Part shown: positions 52,681-62,327 of the stretch, piece by piece
Numbering within the stretch: position 1 is the first letter of the stretch
How the letters are laid out: every line of letters starts with the position of its first letter
Assembly: GCF_006345805.1 (NCBI RefSeq)
Contig: NW_021836129.1
Coordinates: 186,001-250,000 of the forward strand
DNA length: 64,000 bases
Direction: 5' to 3'
DNA from: Octopus sinensis
Lineage: Eukaryota
Made by a program: the position numbers and the translations under genes
The notes under the pieces: generated by a model
What the model saw: the letters and a program-made list of their open reading frames with translations, nothing else
What the model was told of the DNA's origin: nothing
Databases searched by the model: none

Positions 52681-53839
52681 AAACTTGGGAGTCTAAAATA
52701 AATTTAATAATTTTCTCATTTTAAATTAAGTTAGTTTATTTTTAAAGTGGTAAACCTTTGTTTTTTAAAATTTTTAAAATTACAATGCTAATTTTTGTGT
52801 ATGAATCGTTCGTAACATTAAAAATTCGTCAATATAAAAATGAATATTTGGCATTTGGATTTATACAAAATTTCTTTTGATAATAGACCATACTGCTTAC
52901 TGTGTATTATTATTTAAAATTATATATAGGAGGCATCCTATAAAATTGCAATGATTATTGCCAAAAATGAGAGTTACCACGTTTCTGGTGAAAATCTTAT
53001 CAAATCATCTATATCAGTGATTCCATCAGATCTGATGGATTAAAATCCTTACGAAATTTAAAAATCTGTGCCAATTAGCAACGATTTAATTCGCCGCAGG
53101 ATTGACTAAATTTCTGATAATGTACATATTTTATATGAAAGGCTTAAAAATACTAAATTGACCAAAGTCATATATTTGACAGAAGATTTATTATTCTTCA
53201 AATATTTGGAAACTGATACTACTGGATTTTCTATTTTTTCTGTAGTCAAATTATTTTTGGATGAGAAAAAGATTTCACATGTCAGTCTAGTGCTTCATAG
53301 TGAGATTATAGTTTCCAATTTTATTTTATAAATGCGATGATTATCAAAGGGAAATGCATTAGAACGATTTTTAGTATTATTTGACACAATCGTAAATTTT
53401 CCAACTTCTGAGGATGACAAAAATTTAGCAGATTTAATTGTATCGAAAAAGAAAGAAATTGTTTATTTGACGTGGATTTTTGGAAAATTTCATGAAATTT
53501 CATCTAGACTCTAGATCTTCGCCGTCAGCAATTTTCGTCCGATTTTTGCGTAGTCTACTTTTAAACAAGTTGAGAGTCAAGTTCTTATTCTTCATCGGAA
53601 TCCATTACTTCTAGTGCAAAAATAATCTTCCATTATTTGGTTGCATAGTCTAAGAATATAATGTCCACATTGCTCTATTTCGATAAGGTCACTTCCATGC
53701 TGAGTGGTCTACAATCGCATATAGTATATAGTTTTTTTTGTTTGAAATTTTTCTTGACCCAAAGATTCTATTCAACTTTTGAGGGTGACAAAAATTTAGC
53801 AGATTTAATTGTATCGAAAAAGAAAGAAATTGTAGGATA

Positions 53840-54180
53840 AGTCGGAAGTCTTTCATTTGACTACAATAATTCCTGTTTGCTGTCATTAAGAGTTAGTTTA
53901 AGCTATCATACCTAAGCCTCTCCTTGAAGAAAACCGCATCAACATGGTTAGAAAGGCTTTTAGTAAACTCGATGCCACAGGGAAAGGAGTCGTGACAGTT
54001 GCGTACATGCAACGAAATTATTGTGTAAACAACATTCGAAATTTAAACAGCGAATGGTCCACTGAAAGATGTTTTTCTGAATTTTTAAAGCATTTTGATT
54101 CACCTGAGGATCCAGTCGGGTGGTTTGTGAGTGTCCTTTAGGTTACTTTTGAAAAGTTTTTATTGGTTGGATGGACAGTC
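53840..54180 (+). pseudogene. Calcyphosin-like (CAPS/CAPSL) EF-hand gene remnant
   Basis: AFSKLDATGKGVVTV, SEWSTERCFSEFLKHFDSPED, VTFEKF; 25-nt intron at the LR|P junction; 5' exons missing and premature end. Confidence 0.7.
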
Positions 54181-55029
54181 TGAGAGATATAGGCTGGGAT
54201 ACTCTTCCTTTGTAAACTGCGACACTCTCATTAAACGAGAGGAGACGACACTGAGATTTATTCAAAACCTAAACACAATAAAAGATTATCCACAAAAATA
54301 ATTTCTTAAGAAATATATTCTCTACTTGTCCAATCAAAATACACTCTGTGCTTTAAAAAATCGAAATGAAAAACAATTTCCTGGCAATAACAAAGTAAAA
54401 GACTACTATAAGATCAAATTTTTCAAAAATTGTTAAATAGGCTTGTGATTGGTGCAAGATACTGCTACATTAAATTTTTTTAATGTATACAAATGTCGAT
54501 AATGGGAAATGTAATGGATGTCCGATTTTTCAAACAATAGTCCAACGGCAATATAATTCACAATCAAAATTTGGTTTTAAAGAATAAAATCAAACTTACT
54601 CATTGTGGTTTGGTCAACAAAAATTTATCGATGTGTCTATTCGGAGTTGACTGCGGTTATTCAAAAAAATAAACAATAAATTCACAACTCTCGGCGTCAG
54701 AATTGAACGAAATAAAAAAATTATCTAGTTGTACTGTACATGAATTCGTAATTGATAACATCTTGTAATGCTAATAATATCACGTTTCGGCAATAACAGT
54801 CCTACTCTTTTATAATTAAGAAATTGAGAAGGAATAGGATGTAAAAACTGACCTTCTAAATCAGATTATAGGAGAGATGCAAGAGGGAAGATTAGCGCGA
54901 GCAACACAAAGGAGTACGTGTTAATCACTTATCATTCAAGCAAAAAAGTTGCAATGTAATGAATAATTTTCGAATCACATTTATGCTTTTAGGTTCGATA
55001 TAATCAGTGTCGGAGAGTCCTCTTGCAGT

Positions 55030-55320
55030 ACCAATCCTATGGTAAATTTATACGAATGGTATATCCCCGATTTCAGTACGAGGCTCGTATCAGCAATCAA
55101 AAACGTACAATCCTTAAAGAGTCCTCGTCAACAATATTCTCAAGAACTCGCAATAATTTATCCCTACAGATACAGTCGAACGCTTTTTTATAGGTCAACT
55201 TCCAGAATGTGCATTGTTTTCCTGTATTTCTGAAATATGGCCGTAAGCCAACGATGACTCCATACTATATCAGCGGTTGATTTTCCTGATTTGAATTCGC
55301 TTTGATTTGGCGACAAGTAT
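55030..55320 (-). mobile_element. LINE RT fragment (second family)
   Basis: FKSGKSTADIVWSHRWL, DL*KAFDCI.RDKLL, DEDSLRIVRFLI. Confidence 0.7.
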
Positions 55321-55379
55321 TGATCGATTGAAATTGATATGGAATTTAATGTTATAATTGATAAAGTTTTTTGCTACGT

Positions 55380-56377
55380 TGTCGCGCCCCATGGTGGTTA
55401 CGCGTCCAATGCTGGGTACATGTCACCTGTCAACACATTATTTTTACAAGGATTTTTACACTCGCAAATATCATAATTAATGTGTTTTTTATCATGCGTT
55501 ACTCGTGGGGGACATATTTAATATTTTTTAGTGTTATTTCAGAATTTTCAACATGTCCTTTTTCAAATGTTTTTGCCTAATAAAATAATAGGTTTTGTGA
55601 AAAATATCTCAGAATATCAATTTATTGTGAGTATCTTAAATGGCAAACCTGTGCAGACATCCTCATGGAAATTTAAATATATAACTAAAAAATCTATCAA
55701 ATTTATAGTTATTGATGACCACTTATACTTAAAAGACGAAAGATTTCAAAAGTACAAACTAGTTATTTGCATGGATAATATGAGAGTGAAATGAAAAAAT
55801 ATTGCAGATTCTATTTATCGAAATAGACATTCTGGATGTTTACACTCTTATTTTACAATATAGTGGAAAATTATAGAACGATTTATCAAAGAATGCTCAA
55901 TTTGCAAGTTTTCTATAGCACTTAAGTATAAAACTAATTCAATGTAGGTTTCCGATCTTAATTATATGTGATTCTCAAAAAAAACCAAATGAACGATTTC
56001 AACAAGACCTTATAAATATTTAGTAAAAAAACACAAGCGTCTAATTTTAATAAATTGTATATTGTTTTAACAGTCAGCCCCATTTAATAAAATCTTGGGA
56101 AGAAACCTCGGGACTACAGGCCCTAAAACCCCACCACCGCGCCCTCACAGAAATTGTGCCGGGACTAGGGAGGAGCACCGGGCAAAGTTGGGGACCCTCC
56201 TCAGAGAAGCCGGGATTACCTGATTAATTAGTTTTATGTTTTGGACGGTGATCTTGGTTCTAATAATAATTAGAAACCAATTCAATTAATTTTGACAGTA
56301 ACTGTGACAGACATTATAATAAATTAACAGGCGAAATGTAGCCACCATGGGATGGGTAGCATGTGTGGGACGCGACA
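55380..56377 (+). mobile_element. Internally deleted Ginger-like element with imperfect TIRs
   Basis: Ends TGTCGCGCCCCATGGTGG and CCACCATGGG...GGGACGCGACA; LYLKDE..KYKLVICMDN and KPNERFQQDL match the 5220..6699 family. Confidence 0.55.
56090..56275 (+). mobile_element. Short 3' end of an APE-LINE nested in the Ginger-like element
   Basis: HRNCAGTREEHRAKLGTLLREAGIT*, GACGGTGATCTTGG, TAATAATAA tail. Confidence 0.75.
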
Positions 56378-57379
56378 TATAATCATAACCAACTGCCCTG
56401 TTGTTATTCAGTCTAACCATTGCTTCACAAGTCTCGGAATTTTTGAACATATTTTTTGGCAAGCGAGCCTGTCCTTCGAATTGTGATAGCAGTAAAGTGT
56501 CCCCCCGATTGAACTGATTGTTAAAGTATCTGGCTAAAGTTACCCGAAATGTTGGCGTCCAATACAAAATGACAAAACTCATCTTTAATTTTTAGTTTGT
56601 TTTTAGCCGATGAACATTTTTGCACCTGAATGTAGGTTTTCCATTTCTATTATTCACTGCTCGAAGAAGTCGACCAGAATTGACGCACATTCCACTCGAT
56701 TTCGTGTTTGATTTTGTTTTTCAGTGTTCTTAATTTAGATTTCCATTCAGGATAACAACTTTCTACTTGGAGTCTTAAGTCTCGTTGACGTATAGACAAT
56801 TCATTGAATGTCAAGTTGTATGCTCCTTTGTAACTTTTTTTCACAGTATTCTCGTGAACCCTAAAACTTTTTTGGCAGCTTCAGTTTGTTCTACAACCTA
56901 CCCGAGTTGTATTGTGTCGGAGGTAATATAAAACTGGATATGTTCTTTAATAAACTAAAAATTATTTAATTACTAAATTATATTTTTATTATATTATTGA
57001 AATTTGTTTTATTAAATGGTAAATCTAAAAACCTAATTATTAATAATGTTTTAATACTCGTGATTAACGACTAGCGTGTTTTTTGTTGTTCACAATTTTG
57101 TATATATTAATTCATATTTTTTCAATTAATGCATATTAAATATGCTCAGTGCTTTCAATTGTGTCTAATTGTTAGTTCTGAGTTTGTTTCATCACTATAT
57201 TGTAATATGTATTAATTTTCACTATATAATTTAATTTTTTTTACATTCCAATCAGTTGATTCGATTCTTGATTTTATGTTTTGGTAGTTGTATTTTTATA
57301 ATTGAGTTACTGATTTTTAATATTTTGTGATTGCTATCACGTGATCAATATTGTTTAATGATTTTCGATTATTCTTGTT

Positions 57380-57690
57380 ACTGATTTATTTTATTTATTG
57401 AACCAGAAAACCACCGTCATAGCCAAAAGAAAGAAGGATTCAGGTGATCCCAGCCTCCCTCAGCAGTTCGCACAGCCTCTCCCGATGTTCCGCCGTTGTC
57501 CCGACGCATTTTCGGTACGGACGGGGATTTTCAGGACGAACCTCTCGTAGATGGATTGCAGCTTTTGGGATAATCTCTTTATCGGAAAAAGTATTTAGCA
57601 GGTTTGCCGCTTTCAACCGAATTTTGTCGATTTTTGATTGATTGATTGTTTTCACCTAAGTCTGTTTCGAATTATACAAACTAGTGTGCT
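57380..57690 (-). mobile_element. 3' end of an APE-LINE fused to the viral L fragment
   Basis: NQSKIDKI..., RKCVGTTAEHRERLCELLREAGIT*, GACGGTGG motif and (AAAT)n tail at ~57385-57400. Confidence 0.82.
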
Positions 57691-58660
57691 CCTTTGTTTC
57701 GCTGCCCATGTATGGTTTAACATATTTTGAAGATCAATCGAACTCGAAGTCCTTATATTAAGACTTGTTGGGCTTTCAAGCAATGTCTTGAACGACTTTA
57801 GGCTTGGTCTAGAATATTTTGGTGAAACAGCTTTAACAGCCAGATCGCGAACCTCTTTTTGTCCTGATCCATGATAAATTATCTTCCAAAAAGACAATGA
57901 CTCTGTAATTGGATCGGGGAATTGCCTTATAATAAATCTGTTCAGATTAATCCCTCCAGCTCCGCCTAGACACGAGTCTATATATAATAACGCTGCAGTG
58001 CTTATGTCTTTTTCCAGTTCCTCTCTCTCCTCATTGCTAATATACAGCGGCCCAAACATCATAGGATCGTAATGTATGAGGTCACTTTTTCTCAATGAAC
58101 CTATTATTATGTAAAGCAATATTGATGCCAGCACAGAGTTACTAATCTGACTCACAGTTAGTGCGTTTGTTGATATGGAAGATATTATATTTTTGAAGTT
58201 CGGAAGCTGGTCATTGAGAGGGCATCAGCTCTGCACCATCTCTTTGTTAAGCATGGAATCATTTGCCCCCTATATAAAGTATTTTTACCATATACTATGA
58301 ACTTTGTCGATGCCCAAGTTTCTTCATCTTTTATTCTTAGACCAAGTTTCTTTCCTCCTCTAATTATATCTGCTATAAAGTTTTTAGTATGTCGCGCTAC
58401 CTCCTTAAGTTCATCTATTTCTATATTTCCTTTGTATGCAGTCGTTAACTTGTATGTCGGGAATACAATCTGATTATCGCCTTGCGCAAGTAATTTGAAA
58501 TTCACACTTCTACCATGCATTGATTCATACAGTATCATCAATAATGAAACTAGACACCATCCTTTTTGTCTTAGACCCTCTATGCCACCAAGCTGGCCAC
58601 TCCAAGCTATAAATTTATTTCCCATCTTAAGTTTGTTTCCCAGATTCCGCACGCATAGCC
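57690..58660 (-). other. L: Endogenous viral element: rhabdovirus-like (Mononegavirales) L polymerase fragment
   Basis: WSGQLGGIEGLRQKGW, LAQGDNQ (GDNQ at 58470-58481), KLGLRIKDEET, YGK, TKRW, NDQLP..NIISSISTNALTV, LYIDSCLGG, RFIIRQFPDPITESLSFW, LESPTSLNI; one -1 frameshift near 58214; no introns. Confidence 0.95.
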
Positions 58661-58959
58661 GATTTTAATGTTTTTTGAGTGGTATCACGTGAAAAATATT
58701 ATTTAAGATCTTCTCCGGAAAGACCGGATAGATCTTTCAATGACCTGCTGTATAAATTCTATCTTTATGAAGAACTTGAATAAATAGTTGATATTTCTAC
58801 GAATTGCGCTGTCATGTATGTTAATGATTATGATACTGTGGTTACAGCTTTTAAAGCTTTGACTAAGAATTCTTCAATTTTTTTTGGACCAAATAATGTA
58901 ATACAACAACAAGGTATGTCAACCGCGTGTTTACACGTGAATAATTACGAAAAAAAGAA

Positions 58960-59270
58960 TTCGGCCAAGTGTTCGAAAGCTTCATGGACGGGAAGCCGAC
59001 GCGATCGAGAAAGAATTAGAGCGTACTATCGCAAGGGATATCCGCTCGAAAAATTATCTTGATTCGCGGGCGTCGCCTGTGATAGCAGACATGCGGGACC
59101 CGATCTCCTGAACAAAACTGATTGCCTTACTGCCCAAGGAACCGGAAGTTTCAACTGCAAATGGAAGGAATTGGAACTTCTCCCTAAGTGAGGAGTACTT
59201 CCGCATCTTTTTGCATTCCGCGGTTGTGACAATAGATACAGGGCCGTATGCGGACATCAGCAAAATGTTT
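58960..59270 (-). mobile_element. CRE-clade retrotransposon C-terminal RLE fragment
   Basis: KMRKYSSL...FLPFAVETSGSLGSKAISFVQEIGSRM..ITGDARE...RISLAI. Confidence 0.72.
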
Positions 59271-59699
59271 TTCTAAATCTGTTAATTGCACACTCTATTC
59301 ATGGACGAATCAAATTATACCAAATAGTGTAAGAATCGTCAATCTTTTTATATTTTCGGTTTGTTTGAAATAATCATTCCCATATTCAAATTGCAAACGT
59401 ACGCCCATGCACCATTCCATTGAGTATAAAAGTACTGGGTGATGTTTTCCGTGTTAACCGGGTGATATCGTCATAAGTTGTCTCGTCAATTGTCTTTGCA
59501 GATTTCTGCACGATCGCGAAGACATGGCAGGATTGATGCAACGCATAACTCCATTCCTGAGTTGCCATCTACTTATTATTAAGTTTTACCCATCTTGCCA
59601 TAATAATTATAACAAGGAATGTGCATCAGAGGATATAATGTTATTGTTCATCATCTTCCAACTATCTTTGTCATGGTTTACCATATACTTGGAAAAACA

Positions 59700-60060
59700 G
59701 TTTTATGAATACAGTAAAACCTCTGGTGCTCGCCATTTTCGGGACCGAAGAAAAATGGCGAACAATAAAATTCCGATTGCAATGGAAATCATCAATAAAT
59801 TTTATGATTTTGAAATTTTGAAAACATCTCGGTTTTCGATACTTTCCGATCATAAGTGAGCCTTCCAAGTCATATTTGAGCAAAGAAACAAAGAGAATCG
59901 AACGAAATTAAAAGGAAAAAATTAACTAAAAAATAATCGATCATGGGCATCGATCCACAACTAAAAGAATTTTTCGTTTTTTTAGATGCCTATCCCATGT
60001 TAAAAGCCATTCGTTAAAAATTTTACTTGTCATCCATGCTTTTGGTGAATGACAGTAACA
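59700..60060 (-). mobile_element. pogo/Tigger DDE_1 fragments
   Basis: KAWMTSKIFNEWL...RKILLVVDRCP and LMIGKYRKPRCF. Confidence 0.6.
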
Positions 60061-60099
60061 AAGAAAATCTAAAAAAATAAATAAAAATTAAACCGTTCT

Positions 60100-60401
60100 T
60101 TAAGGATTTTATGTCCATATCGAACCTTCTGACAAACACTTATTGAAGGGAGCAACTACAACACAATTCAAATTTGTTGCAGGTGTATCCATGAGAGTGC
60201 TTTTTGAAACGGCGGGTCTCCATATAAGTTGCTTTTTCCATTGTTTTCACGTGAGTGGTATTGGGGTAAATTGAGGGACAGACAATTTCCTCTGGCTCTA
60301 TATTTGTCCACTTATTGGACAGAATATTCGTATGGAGGAGAACGGTGAATTCATTCTCTGGAACCTAACAGACTGACTGTAGACAGAAAGAATATAAACA
60401 T
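60100..60401 (-). other. Probable endogenous rhabdovirus-like glycoprotein (G) N-terminal fragment
   Basis: Signal-like MFIFFLSTVSLLGS, one frameshift, then EFTVLL...KWTNI...VCPS...GYTCNKFELCCSC; the W-C (10) and C-C (9) spacings match vesiculovirus G as I recall it. Confidence 0.6.
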
Positions 60402-61194
60402 GTTGAAATACCAAAAGATTTGGTGAAACCATATTTCACATATGAATCATCCCAATTACCTACTTTCTCCTTTAATATTGTTATTTTTCTGCACCACAGA
60501 AAACACAACCATTATAGCACGCTATCTAATTAATATATGGAATCAAGAGCAAGACTTTAATTCTACCCTCTGCGCGAGCGGTCTTCTTTGAGTGTGCATC
60601 CACCTCTGCAGACGAATACCCACTGCACAGATTATTAGAGACGGGACTGTAACGGGTGGTGTGGATGAGATTAAGTGAACAGCAGCCGAGATATCTCCCT
60701 GCATTATTACATTTTCTAATTGGAAATATTTTCGATTTTGACTATTTTTGACTAATTAATGTAGTAAAATGTGAATACAAAGGGTTTTCATATCTAAGCG
60801 GTTTAAAATTAAAGTGCAATCTGAATAAATACATTTTTTGTCCTAAAATATTAATAATCAGTTAACAAGTAGGTATTTAAATTAATCACTGTTTGGTATA
60901 CTTGAACACTACACAATATTTATATTAACCAATGGGTTTATAGAAACAATTATTCTTGCAACTAACTTTATATGTTAACAGAAATGTGCAAATAGCTTTA
61001 AATTTAGATCAAAATGTATTGAAATTAAAAAATAGTGAACATATGGTAAGTTAGTTTACATAAAAAATTATAGCCTATATCGGTATTAGATATCAAGAAA
61101 TGTGTTATCGAGAGAGCATTTTCCTAATCAAATATTCGGATGCCACTATTTAACTAACACGGATGTCCTTTAAAACTTTTTATTAGTATGTTAC

Positions 61195-61735
61195 TCATTT
61201 CAGTATGTTACTCATTTTATCTTCGAGCACTCCCAGGTATCGGTAGCTATCAAGTCCATCAAGTAGTTTTGCCTCGGAAGCCAAGCACTGCACGTTAGTA
61301 GCTGTTACTTCACATTTAATAATCTGCTTAACGGATCCATCAATAGCACAAAGATCTGAGGGATAACGAGTCTCCTTGTAGGATTCCCTTTCGAAATTTA
61401 AGTTCTTCAATTTCTTTTTTGTCAAATATCAATTTAATTTTCCATCTTTTCACCAAATTTTTGATGAAATCTTTAATCCAATTTAGAAGGCCAGAAGAGT
61501 CAAGAATCTTAAAGAGAAAGTCCACTGTGTCGAAAGCTTTTCTAACATCGATCCATGCAGAGGCCAAATTATTTCCGTTTTGTTGATTGACAGACTGATT
61601 AATTATTGTTTGCTCTTTGGCTCCTTGACACAATATCCGAATTGTAATGTCAAACGTCATTATTGTGGTTTTAAATATCCGAATTGTGATCTCAACAGTC
61701 CAAAATATAAATATCCTTTGATTTTTTCTGCACAT
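61195..61735 (-). mobile_element. R4/Dong-like RT fragment, rearranged
   Basis: WIDVRKAFDTV, KGILQGDSLS; AKLLDGLDSYRYLGVLE is shared with the copy at 342..1142. Confidence 0.8.
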
Positions 61736-61803
61736 TACTGAAAAATATTTATTAATAAAATTAATGTTAAGTTACTAAATATTGTCGTCGGGAGTTAAAT
61801 TGT

Positions 61804-62130
61804 TCATCTCCATAATACTTGGAAAATGTTTCTAACATGATTGCATGTTAGTGAGTAAATTCTTGGTGTTATTGCAGAAATACAAGTGTCTATGCAACTT
61901 TCTAAAATTCGTAGTCTGGTTTCTTTTTGGGTGAGTCCATTTTCTGTAATTAACAAATCAGTTGTAGTCATTTTTCTTTTTAGTTCACTCTTAAGAATGC
62001 TCCAGCATTCCTCTATTAGATTTAATGGTGCACTATAAGGTCCCAATCTTATAATTTCAATATCTCGAAATTCTTTTCCAATCATTTTTTTAATTGTGAA
62101 TGTGCCGGTGCTTTGTCTATCACAATTCAA
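61804..62130 (-). mobile_element. Tc1/IS630-family transposase C-terminal fragment
   Basis: LGPYSAPLNLIEECWSILKSELKR (the PxYSPxLNPIExxW motif). Confidence 0.72.
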
Positions 62131-62327
62131 ATTTCTGAATATTTTTCAATTTGAAATTATGGTCGTTCAAATCTTGGATCCAAGATTCACTTTTCATCTC
62201 GTCTGTGTTTTGACTTTTCATTTCCATAAATAAAATTATTTCCTGTTTTAACAGATAAAATCTTTTGACAACTTTATGAATCGATAAAGATATCTTTGTA
62301 AAACTACAACAAATTTCCTTTTACTAT

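Noticed and set aside
59380-59570. Segment between G and L as additional viral sequence
   Set aside because: No frame gave convincing G or L motifs by eye; left unassigned pending a profile search.
60540-60710. GC-richer stretch upstream of the G-like fragment as a viral M gene end
   Set aside because: No recognisable motif; one frame (GDISAAVHLISS) could equally be a CRE scrap.
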